Shown here: positions 1 to 9,383 of the stretch, piece by piece
Numbering within the stretch: the first letter of the stretch is position 1
Layout of the letters: each line of letters opens with the position of its first letter
Assembly (NCBI GenBank): GCA_018985225.1
Contig: JADGIF010000199.1
Span: 1 to 15,044, forward strand
From: Amoeboradix gromovi X-113
Lineage: Eukaryota; Fungi; Sanchytriomycota
Direction of reading: 5' to 3'
Length of the DNA: 15,044 bases
Made by a program: the position numbers and the translations under genes
The notes under the pieces: generated by a model
The model's input: the letters and a program-made list of their open reading frames with translations, nothing else
Database searches by the model: none
Told to the model about the DNA's origin: nothing

Positions 1-651
1 CCACTGCTAGTCAATGCAAATGATGCATCCCTTTCTAGCTGTGTAAAGGATGGACTTTATAACCAAAGTACCAGCTATTTTACTTCCACCATGGAAATTA
101 CCAGCTCAGTAAATGCAGCTAGCTCTGTATCAGATAATTCATCAGCTACTTTGGAGAGTACAGCACTGTCATTAACAGGCACCCTAGACCTAAGCAAATC
201 AACCGACTACAAAGAAACCTTGCAAAGTGTTTCTATGTCGACAGTAGCGACTTTGAGCAAATCGAAAACAGGCACGACAGTAGCCTCTATAGATACGGTC
301 TCGGCAGTCGATGAATCACTCGAGTCTATCCTCAGATCGAGATCCTTGCGAATAAGATCAAGGCAGCAGAGCGCAACAGGCACTGCGCGGTACTCCTCAA
401 TGACACCAGACGTTGTTTACAGCAACACGCTGCAGGCTGAGTTCATCTTTTACACTCTGGAAAAGTACAGGATTGATTTCCGATTGACTTACTATACAGC
501 TGGAAGATGCGTGCTTAGCACGATGGTTGCTCTAGCAGTGCTCTACTACACACCATTTACACGAAGTATAAGAAACTGGAGACAGCGTAAAAATAAAAGT
601 AGCAATAGCGAAAAGAACGGAAATGACAAACCCTTTAAGTCAATATTTTGA
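1..651 (+). CDS. 5'-partial CDS: C-terminal part of a single-pass membrane/cell-surface protein (Ser/Thr-rich stalk, TM helix, basic cytosolic tail)
   Basis: Frame is open from position 1 (PLLVNANDASLSSCVKDGLYNQSTSY...), so ATG 91 is probably internal. Long S/T-rich tract, hydrophobic CVLSTMVALAVLYYTPF, basic tail RSIRNWRQRKNK, TGA at 649-651. Confidence 0.7.
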   Translation, partial: PLLVNANDASLSSCVKDGLYNQSTSYFTSTMEITSSVNAASSVSDNSSATLESTALSLTGTLDLSKSTDYKETLQSVSMSTVATLSKSKTGTTVASIDTVSAVDESLESILRSRSLRIRSRQQSATGTARYSSMTPDVVYSNTLQAEFIFYTLEKYRIDFRLTYYTAGRCVLSTMVALAVLYYTPFTRSIRNWRQRKNKSSNSEKNGNDKPFKSIF

Positions 652-1119
652 ATAGTAAATCTTGCATTCATCAGGCATCTTTAATACACTTGAACATTCT
701 GAATGAAGTTCTTCAGCGTGGTTCTCAGCAGCGATTAGGATTCTTCCTGTCCAAAATTACAATTGCGGATAGAACATTCGAGCCTCAGCATTTGGGGCTT
801 TTAGCTTTAGTAGCATATTTCGTAGTTTTTTTGTTGTATCGCTATGTTTGGCATGAGCAGGAGGCTACCTTTCAATGCTCGAATATAGCATTAATATTGC
901 ATTAAATCATTGAGCATAATAGTCTAATTGTACTAAATATATCAAAATGTTAATCCAAAGTAATTCGAAACTCTTCAGAAGATTTTTGACTCGATTTTTT
1001 GCAGCTCTTTTAACAAATAGGATCCAGAATGTTATGGTATAAATTTATTTAAGCATTTCACAACGCAGCTTACGTTAAATATTAGATGTAAAACCTCAGA
1101 TAGAAACACTTGCTCAAGT

Positions 1120-3100
1120 CGAGAATATAAAATTTGAACAGGTGCACTCAGCATGGGCTTTTTCCAATTTTAATTTCATGACAATTATTTACGAGACGAA
1201 GCATGTTTGGCAACTTTTAGTGCCACGAAAATACATCTCAACAGTTGCCGCTGATGGACGAGTACAAAGAACGGCAAGGACAAAATATCTCAGGTGTATC
1301 TCTAATTTGGCAAAAACTCTTGTACATATACTCAAGGTAATAGAGTAGCCACAATTGGTAGCTTTATGCAATTATCTCATAGGTGGTAATGATCATACCT
1401 GTTGAAAGTCATTCTGTAGTAAATGTTGCTTTTGATTGTAGAGATATCAAGGTTTTGAGAAATAAAACGATTTCCGTAACTTTGTCATTTTTCTCTCAGT
1501 TGGCTTTTCACCACTTAATATGGGTGCAGTTGATGCTGGCGCCACCGAATTAACTGAAACATTCGTTATGTCTTGTGCCGTAAGACCATTCTGTGAAAAC
1601 GAATCAGAGTGCAAAATCGTTTTAAAATATGACGGACAGATGTGAATCAGTTGAGAGTCATCCCAATGAATAAAAGTAATCGCGCCTCTGGATCAAACAA
1701 GTCCAAAGTATTCATCAAGCCAGTTGATATTTAATTTTTGCAAGTCTTTGGATCGCAGAGTCCTATTACAAAGCTAGTATAACTGATCTTCAAAGGTTCC
1801 CCCCACCCTATGGAGAAAAACAGGTTTTTATGAAAGGGTCTTTCTTTTCTAGATGTTTCTCATACTAATGATATTCCTAGGTTAGGATTGTAACTAAATG
1901 ACCTGAGTCTCTCCCAAACAAAAAGACTCTGGAGAGTCTAAGCTGAAAATGCATATTATTTGAGCATGATCTCTGTATCTTATTCACTGATATTATTGCA
2001 GATATTAAAATCTTGTTATTATCATTTTTACTTTAAAAGCACCGCGATTTTAAATTGAAAGCCTTCATTAACCAGTAGAGTGTATTATTTGAATCTTAAG
2101 ATCTAATAAAGAAACAACTCTTATCATGACATGCTTCGTTGATTTTTTTTGAAATTGGTATTAAAATGTATATCTCCTAGTATACTAAGAAATGCCAAAA
2201 GTGAAATCTAAACACCTTGATCTATTGTGACGCATCTCTCAGCGTCTTCTGGATTTTAAAGTGATCTTGAAAAGATTCCTTTTTGGCTCTAGTACATTAT
2301 TCCAAAACAGTTCTGTTTCAAATAGAATGGCGATCTGAATAACACACTCTTGAGACCTTCTGATTCGTTTGAATCAACAAGATGTTTAACCATGACATCT
2401 CAGGAATAGAATTTATAAAATGCTCTCAATTAAATCTCTTTCAGCTAATTGTTCTCCTCTACTAATTATTTATATCATTCGCAGTAGAGTTACTCGTTGG
2501 CTTACAAAATTCTAGCAGAGTAAGACGACGCGAATCTTAGAGTAGACATGGTCATGTGTCCAAAATCTTATTCCAAAGCAAGAGATAGATAATTAAAGTA
2601 CATAGTCGGTTCTTATGATTATGGTATCGGTAACAATTTATTTGTTTCTCACATCATCTTTTCGCATTGCCGCTTTTCTAAATCATATTCACACTAAGAT
2701 TCCGTTCAAGACTCTTAGCATAATACAGCATTCTCACTTCATCGAAGCAGGATAATATGCTACTTCTTTATTTATTATTGTGGTGCAAATAACTTGTTGC
2801 CACCTCTAGTAAAGTTTTGATGATTAATTCCGTCAACTTCCAAAAAACATTCTATTTAACCTTTTCAATAGCCGACAAACTCTATGTCATCTTCTCTTTG
2901 AGCGAAGACAGCATAACTCCACTTTCCGCTATATCTCCTTTCCTCGTCAAAATCAGTTTTCTTTAAAATCCAAAATTTCGAAGAAACTGGAAATTCCACT
3001 CACTTAGTTGCAGCTGCTGCTCGCGCTTCAAATACGCTTAGACGTATTGAATATGAATGTATATATTTCCCGGTACATACTCCCTGATGCAGTGTGCCCG
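1120..3100 (-). mobile_element. Possible heavily decayed hAT-superfamily transposase relic
   Basis: Minus-strand fragments in the expected order but in different frames and with stops: CFLEVDG (D at 2832-2834), IVTD (D at 2626-2628, about 68 codons later), FWNNV (2293-2307), LRYFVLAVLCTRPSAATVE (1237-1293) then after a frameshift VFSWH (1220-1234), resembling the hAT S-x-x-x-E-R-x-F-S motif. No convincing TIRs; boundaries approximate. Confidence 0.35.
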
Positions 3101-3856
3101 CTATTTGCCTCTAACTGAACAATTCAATCTCTTTAGTGAGTTAGGTGACTAGGAAGTGGTTAGGCGAAGCATAGATTTGTCCTCCAACATCTTTTTTGTT
3201 TATCGGATGCTACTTTGGCAAATATGATGGTCTCTTTGAGGAAGTGGCGTAGGTGTGAAGAGATTACCAAATAGCTTGTAAATGGTACATCAATTCCTTT
3301 TTGGTGCTGAGAGACAAGGGATAGGATTTGTGAAAGTGCTCTACATATACCAGTGATATACATTTGAGATATTTGGGATGAGACAATTTTATACACATTT
3401 GCAACTGATGAAAACAAAGATTGACGAAGTTTTGTGAGGTTCAAAAAGGGTAGAAAGAGATAACATTGGAAATGTATAGCACGCCTAATCACAATAAATT
3501 GTTTACTCAAATAAGATCGAGAGCTTATCCTACTTTGAGTATAACAGAAGTCTTGGTCAATTGCTAGTGAGCATAACCTTCTCTAGAAGCTCTGTCAAGC
3601 GAATCTAGATCTTGAATGTGTTACTTTTTACCTTTCTATTAAATATTTATTATTGCTTTTTTACAGCTAATTATTCTTTGTTTATGGATAGTTAGATTAA
3701 TTATTCCGAGCGTCATGAACTTATCGTATAATAGCAACATCATGCAAAAAATAAGCTCATTTCTTAGCACATGACCCTAATTCATTGATTTCCTCTAGTC
3801 TGATTTTATAAAACCCGACTGATGACTCTAAAACATTTTCATCAAAAACTTTCAAT

Positions 3857-5177
3857 ATGTTTTTAAGCGTCTCATTTTTAACATTAGCAAGCATAGTGAC
3901 TTGGTTTGGTGGGTTAAAAAATTACGTCAATCTCGTTCTGAGTATAGTTTTCCGTGATAAATTTTTATTGGATCCCAGCCAAGCTACCTTGTTGAAAACT
4001 ATTGCCAAACAACCATGGAATATGAAATTGCTATTCGGCATATTAATGGATTTAAAGCCTGCGCCTAAAGTCTACTTAATCATGGCAAACTTAATTGGGT
4101 GCTGTGGATTATATGGGATAGTAAATAGTCAAGATCCTATCCAATTGACACTATCTATGCTTGGTCTTAATCTAGGTGGTGCTTTAGCTTCAGTTGTTAT
4201 GGGTGGTGAAATGATTAAATGGACAAATCTTAGCCTTAATTCCCGTGTTTTTAATACCCAAGTCCAGAGCAGTACATCGATAGCGTTTGCAATTGGAGGT
4301 ATAATAAGCTCTTTATTAGGCGGATATGTAGTCAAAACTTATGGCCCATACTACTTCATAATGGGATTGATACCTTTTTCTTTTTTTGTGATGATTGCTT
4401 CTTTACTGTATAAATCAATTGATAGCCAGCCAACACCATTTCGTCAAATTCATTCGAAACTGAAGCTGGTGTTCTCTGCATTTTTCTCGCCTGCAATAAT
4501 TCGTCCAATGTTGTTTTTGTTAATTCAAAATGCTTCCAGTATATCCATAAACGAAGGAATGACTTATTTTCGACTTTCTATAGGTATGGATGCTCAAATA
4601 CTAGGATATGCAGATACTTTCTCTTTTTTTGGAATGGCCATTGGATCGTGGTTGTTCCAAAGGTATTTAACAATGTCAAATATCAGAAGTGTAGTTATAT
4701 GGACCACAGTTGGTATTGAATATTAACTTAGTATCCGGCATTATAGCAATGACTGACTTGGTTCAATTTAAAAGATGGAACTTATACTTTATGAGTGACT
4801 TGTCACTTTTAATAATTTACAACATCTTATTGAGCATTTTGGCAAGAATAAGTGGATTGCCATTGCTAATATATTGTGCTACAGTCTGTCCAAGCTCGAT
4901 TGAAAATAGTCTGTATGCGTTTATGATGTCGTGGATAAACACTACAGCAGATATTGGATCTTTTGTTGGTAGCTGGTTGCTAAAAGAGTACGATATAACA
5001 CCGCATCAGTTTGTAGGACTGGATAAGCTAATTGTGTTGAGAACATTGTTGATATTAATCCCACTATTGGCTTTGGGACTGCTACCAAACGAACAGGCAA
5101 CAACTGAAGAATTGGAATCCTTGTTGGCTGAGGATGATAGGATAGAAGAGAAAGAAAAGAAATGGATCGAAAAGTAA
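3857..5177 (+). CDS. BT1/FBT-family folate-biopterin transporter (MFS-like), join(3857..4712,4732..5177), 433 aa
   Basis: Multiple TM helices; family-like motifs QPWNMKLLFGILMD and CPSSIENSLYAFMMSWIN...LRTLLILIPLLALGLLP. ORFs 3857..4726 and 4710..5177 fuse in frame (WTTV-VSGII) once a 19-nt GT-AG intron is removed; spliced length 1302 nt. Confidence 0.85.
4713..4731 (+). other. 19-nt spliceosomal intron (gtattgaatattaacttag), phase 1
   Basis: GT..AG, branch-like ATTAAC next to TTAG. Removal joins the two halves of the transporter; retention gives an in-frame TAA at 4724-4726. The alternative GT at 4709 (23 nt) does not restore the frame. Confidence 0.9.
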
Positions 5178-5382
5178 ATATATTTATGATAACTGTGAGT
5201 TTAATTAACAACATACTAGAAAATAAAAATTTATTTCTTGCCATTGTAAAGATGAAGAAAATAGAGTAATAAAACGGAAAAGAGCTAGCAATAGGATGTG
5301 GACGAAAGCCCTATCTAGAAAAAGTCCATTTTGAGTCCATGTAATATGCCTTGGTGGCTGTGAAACATTTCAATTCTTTTAA

Positions 5383-6554
5383 ATGGGTTGTTCTGGATCC
5401 AAAGAAAATTATGATGGAGAAATAGAACTATCACATTTTGAATTGATGAGAAGCGTAGGAAAAGGTAAAATGTATTTATGTAGGCGCGTTTGGTAAAGTA
5501 AGAGTAGTTCAACATAAAAAAGATAAAAAATTATACGCTTTAAAGTACATCAACAAGGCTAAATGCATTAAAATGAAAGCGGTTGATAATATTATTCAAG
5601 AGCGCAGATTACTGGAAGAAGTAGAATTTCCATTAATAGTAAATTTAAGATTTGCTTTTCAGGATGATGAGAACCTATTCATGGTTCTTGATTTGATGCT
5701 GGGTGGGGATATAAGATTCCATTTAGATAGGCAAGGCAGTTTGAAAGAAGATGTCGCTCTGTTTATAGTTGCAGAGGTTGCGTTAGCTCTTAATTATCTG
5801 CATACCCATTCCATTATTCATCGTGATTTAAAACCAGACAATGTATTGCTGGATGAAAAAGGACATGCGCATCTTACTGACTTCAACATCGCTGTCTATA
5901 TGAAGCCTAATAAACTATTAACGAGTGTTGCTGGATCCATGGCATATATGGCTCCAGAAATACTAGCAAAGCAAGGATATAATCATAGTGTGGATTACTG
6001 GTCTCTGGGTGTCATGGCTTATGAATTTCTATTTGGTAAACGACCATTTCGAGGTAAATCAAATGACGCACTTACTCATGCGATTCTTCATGATCCACTG
6101 CATTTGCCAGATAATGCAAATCAACACGTTAGTCAGGAATGTATAGAGTTTCTCAAAAAAATTATTGTGCGAGATGTAAAGACTAGAATTGGATGCACAG
6201 GATTTGAAAAATTAAAAATGGAGCCGTGGGTTAAAAATTGCAAATGGGATGAAATGTCACGCAAAGAATGTCCAGCACCGTTTATTCCGGATGTAATTTT
6301 AACTAACTTAGTCTAAAAGACCAAACTTTGATGCCACGCATGAGCTGGAGGAATTATTACTAGAGGAAAACCCGCTCAAACAAAAGAAGAAGTCAAAGAA
6401 ACCATTGGCGGCACCTACCAAGGAACATCAGTCTATGGTTGACCAGTTTATCACTTTAGATTATACCAAACCACAAACAAAGCAGATGCTTGACAAAACA
6501 GAATTTGCAGATCTACCGGTAGTTTATGATGTAACTGCGAAGCCTGATGCCTAA
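5383..6554 (+). CDS. AGC-group Ser/Thr kinase, STK32/YANK family, join(5383..5464,5484..6292,6312..6554), 377 aa
   Basis: Spliced product: MGCSGSK...HFELMRSVGKGAFGKVRVV...YALKYINK...HRDLKPDN...DFNIA...APE...PFIPD-SKRPNFDATHELEELLLEENPLK...PDA*. DFN in place of DFG and the ELEELLLE-x-x-PL tail are characteristic of YANK/STK32. Spliced length 1134 nt. Confidence 0.93.
5465..5483 (+). other. 19-nt spliceosomal intron (gtaaaatgtatttatgtag), phase 1
   Basis: Removal rebuilds the kinase glycine-rich loop GKGAFGKV exactly and puts ATG 5383 in frame with the kinase ORF. Confidence 0.95.
6293..6311 (+). other. 19-nt spliceosomal intron (gtaattttaactaacttag), phase 0
   Basis: Contains canonical branch ACTAAC directly before TTAG; removal continues FIPD into the conserved NFDATHELEELLLEENPL tail. 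Confidence 0.95.
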
Positions 6555-6626
6555 TAAATAATGTATTACAACTAATTTAATTTATTTAACCTAACAAAAT
6601 ACCGAAAGGAGAATATTCGAAATAAG

Positions 6627-6633
6627 CACGTGA
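6627..6633. promoter_or_regulatory. E-box CACGTG(A), reading TCACGTG on the minus strand; candidate bHLH (Cbf1-like) site upstream of RPL2
   Basis: GC-rich palindrome in an otherwise A-rich 114-nt intergenic spacer, about 36 nt before the RPL2 ATG. Confidence 0.35.
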
Positions 6634-6668
6634 AATAAATAACAAAAAAACAGGAATTGTAAATAAAT

Positions 6669-7433
6669 ATGGGTCGTGTTATTCGAGTTCAACGTAAGGG
6701 AGCTGGAAGTATATTTACTGCACACACAAAGCACAGAAAGGGTGCTGCCAAAATGCGAAAATTAGATTTTGCTGAAAGAAATGGATATCTAACAGGAACT
6801 GTAACTGAAATTATTCACGATCCTGGTCGAGGAGCTCCATTAGCTAAAGTAAAGTTTAGAAATCCATATAAATATAAAATTGATCATGAATTAATGGTAG
6901 CTGCAGAAGGAATGTTTGCAGGGCAAAAGATTAATGTTGGAAAGAAAGCACAACTAACTGTTGGTAACATTTTACCGCTTGGTGTTATGCCAGAGGGTTC
7001 TATTATCTGTAACGTTGAAGAAAGACAGGGAGATAGAGGCAAATATGCCAGAGCTTCTGGTAACTATGCGCAAATTATTGGACACACTGAAGAAGGTACT
7101 ACTAGAATTAAGCTGCCAAGTGGCTCTAAAAAAATCATCTCATCTAACTGTAGAGCTATGGTTGGATTAGTTGCTGGTGGGGGTCGTATTGATAAGCCTA
7201 TGTTGAAAGCTGGTAGAAAGCATCATTTAATGAAGAGAAAGAGAAACTGCTGGCCTAAGACTCGTGGTGTAGCCATGAATCCTGTTGACCATCCTCATGG
7301 TGGTGGTAATCATCAACACATTGGTCATGCTTCCACTATTAGTAGAGAGGCTTGTCCTGGTCAAAAGGTTGGACTCATCGCTGCTAGAAGAACTGGTTTA
7401 TTACGTGGATCTAAGAAATTGTTGGAAAAATAA
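6669..7433 (+). CDS. RPL2: 60S ribosomal protein uL2 (yeast L2 / human L8), 254 aa, intronless
   Basis: [16 protein letters not shown]..., [46 protein letters not shown]: unmistakable eukaryotic cytosolic uL2. Confidence 0.99.
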   Translation: MGRVIRVQRKGAGSIFTAHTKHRKGAAKMRKLDFAERNGYLTGTVTEIIHDPGRGAPLAKVKFRNPYKYKIDHELMVAAEGMFAGQKINVGKKAQLTVGNILPLGVMPEGSIICNVEERQGDRGKYARASGNYAQIIGHTEEGTTRIKLPSGSKKIISSNCRAMVGLVAGGGRIDKPMLKAGRKHHLMKRKRNCWPKTRGVAMNPVDHPHGGGNHQHIGHASTISREACPGQKVGLIAARRTGLLRGSKKLLEK

Positions 7434-7612
7434 ATATTCTTGCTTTACTACAGGTCTTTGCTAATGATAATCTACAGTATTAAGATTTTTGCCTTCGTAT
7501 CAGACACGCTACTCTAAGCCACTCTCTTTGTTTTTCCACTCACATCTTGTATTTCCGGTTACGAGTTGTAGTACTGAGGATATAAAGGAGCATTTACAAA
7601 ACAAGGTACATA

Positions 7613-8407
7613 ATGTCTGAAATTTTAACGCTGCAATTAGATTGCATAGATGAGAAAGATATAGACAAATACATTGAGATATTAAATACCAGCGACCACT
7701 GGCCATCCTCTAGATATCTGATAAAACTGTTTAAACCTTTCGTTCACATGGAAAAGGTTATGGAGGTGTATTGCAAACTGTGCGCTCAATCTGTTGACTA
7801 CACACATTACATGGTAAACATGCATCTGATTATTAAAAACAGCCCCAACTTTATATCTTGTGGGTCTACAGGGCTATCTACTTGGGGAGGTTCCCAGTGG
7901 ATGTTGGATTTTGTCCAGAATCAGGATATCAAGAACAAAGCAGTAGTCGAACTAGGATGCGGTACCGGTTTGTTGGGAATCGGCTGTCTGAAGCTGGCTG
8001 AGAAAGTGTATTTTACAGATTGCAATTCCCAGGTTTTGGATTTATGCAAAGAAAACATTTTACTCAATGCCGATAGAGTCAATAATAAATCTTATGAGCT
8101 GTGCATCTTAGACTGGACGATAATAAACTCGTTGCAAGATACTGAAATCGATATTAATCAGGATTTATGTGTTGTAATGGCTGATGTCATCTTTGACGTT
8201 GATATAATACCCGATATAATCCGTGTTGTCACGCTGTTTAAAGCCAGAAACATTCCCGTATACATGGGATACAGTATTAGAAACAAAGACACCTTCAACA
8301 AGTTTATGTCTGCTGCAAAGAATCCTAAAATAGTGTACTCGTTTACCCCCAAACACTTTAATCACTTCAATAAGATATGTTCAGAGTTTGTTGTTGTTTC
8401 ACTTTGA
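7613..8407 (+). CDS. Seven-beta-strand protein-lysine methyltransferase (Methyltransf_16), Efm3/EEF2KMT(FAM86)-like, 264 aa
   Basis: PNFISCGSTGLSTW, motif I VVELGCGTGLLG, post-I FTDCN, LDW and the ADVIFD (DxxY/F) motif, with an N-terminal extension of FAM86-like size. Orthology to Efm3 is inferred. Confidence 0.82.
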   Translation: MSEILTLQLDCIDEKDIDKYIEILNTSDHWPSSRYLIKLFKPFVHMEKVMEVYCKLCAQSVDYTHYMVNMHLIIKNSPNFISCGSTGLSTWGGSQWMLDFVQNQDIKNKAVVELGCGTGLLGIGCLKLAEKVYFTDCNSQVLDLCKENILLNADRVNNKSYELCILDWTIINSLQDTEIDINQDLCVVMADVIFDVDIIPDIIRVVTLFKARNIPVYMGYSIRNKDTFNKFMSAAKNPKIVYSFTPKHFNHFNKICSEFVVVSL

Positions 8408-9383
8408 CAAATTGGCAGCTATTAATTTTGTAGAATAAATCATTTATAGAGAATCTGTATATACATTTATACAATTGCGTGACTTTCTAGGTTTCCAAAT
8501 ACCTTAAACACTCGATATCTTCATTTTCGCAAATGGTAAATGGTATCAACAGATTTAATCCTGAACATGTCAAATCTAAAGAAATAGAGATTATATTGCA
8601 GAAATAAATATACACAAGTACATATATCCTTATTCAATTCCGCTTCAGGGTAGCCGCAGCGTGCGCAATCACTGTAATGGATTTAATAGCATTGCTAGTT
8701 TCTCTGTGGAAATTCTCGATTTTCTCGGATATTAGGGCTTTAAACGAGGAGCACAGGAAAGTCTAGATAAGAAGGTTAAACCTAGGTGCTTGTTGGTAAT
8801 GTCCAAAAATAGGGGGTTCGATACAGTGTGCAGTTCGTATAATAAACTCATTTTCTAGAACTCCAGCTTACCATCCATTGTTGTGGAAGACAGTTGATTG
8901 CAGCCCGATTGATGCAGTACAAAATATGATAAGAAATATGATCTTTTACGGCATACATGAAATATAAATCTACTTTGTAAAAACTTTGAGACAGCATAGA
9001 TGTAGAATGTCCGTTTGCTTCCATATCCTTTGGCATCGGTTTAATTCTTTAGCCTGCATATCTGTTAGTCGTATTCTTGTGGAAGGCAGATTGTTTCACC
9101 CAAATATCAATACAACTACTTTGAGTTATAAGCAGTATTTCTTACTGCTAGATTACCTTTGCATCTTATCAGCAACAAAAAGAGAAGCTGCAATTGTTGC
9201 GCTATTTAATAAGAGTACATAAAAGTACTCGTTCACACATTTAACAAATGTTGCATGCAACAGCACAGCTCGACCCTAGCTGCAGGCACACACTTTCTCA
9301 GGATTCATGAAGAACGCTGCAATCGCTTTTAACCTCGGAGTGCTGAACAAATAGCAAGCTTATGGATAGCAGATTGATTTATT

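Noticed and set aside
648-905. 85-aa ORF overlapping the stop of the first gene
   Set aside because: TTG start, no recognisable domain; bacterial-style coupling is not expected in this eukaryotic context.
1037-1053. Candidate 17-nt intron gtataaatttatttaag
   Set aside because: Lacks the -6 A and TAG end, and splicing gives no extended ORF in any frame.
1924-1939. Inverted repeat AGACTCT-GG-AGAGTCT
   Set aside because: Isolated 7-bp stem with a 2-nt loop; compatible with chance.
3160-3510. 116-aa minus-strand ORF
   Set aside because: TTG start and no recognisable homology; at most part of the decayed element.
3770-3779. CATGACCCTA as a hAT terminal inverted repeat (TAGGG-type)
   Set aside because: No adequate partner or 8-bp target duplication found on the other side of the relic.
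4710-4731. Programmed frameshift, assembly error or pseudogene as the cause of the broken ORFs (also at 5465, 6293, 11969)
   Set aside because: Each break is a precise 19-nt GT..AG insertion with a shared internal consensus; single-base slips would leave about six extra residues inside invariant motifs such as GKGAFG and RGPGGRF.
6669-8407. RPL2 next to an eEF2 methyltransferase-like gene as a functional cluster
   Set aside because: A single adjacency in a gene-dense genome; no evidence without synteny data.
8812-8824. GGGGGTTCGATAC resembling a tRNA T-loop
   Set aside because: No complementary T-stem or cloverleaf.
9307-9320. ATGAAGAACGCTGC resembling the conserved 5.8S rRNA motif
   Set aside because: Only about 11 nt match; flanks do not follow 5.8S and no other rDNA is present.
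8491-9354. TAA/TAG reassigned to Gln (as in some aphelids and ciliates), suggested by TAR-only stops in this frame
   Set aside because: Seven conserved genes, including RPL2, end at TAA at the expected position and have no internal TAR codons.
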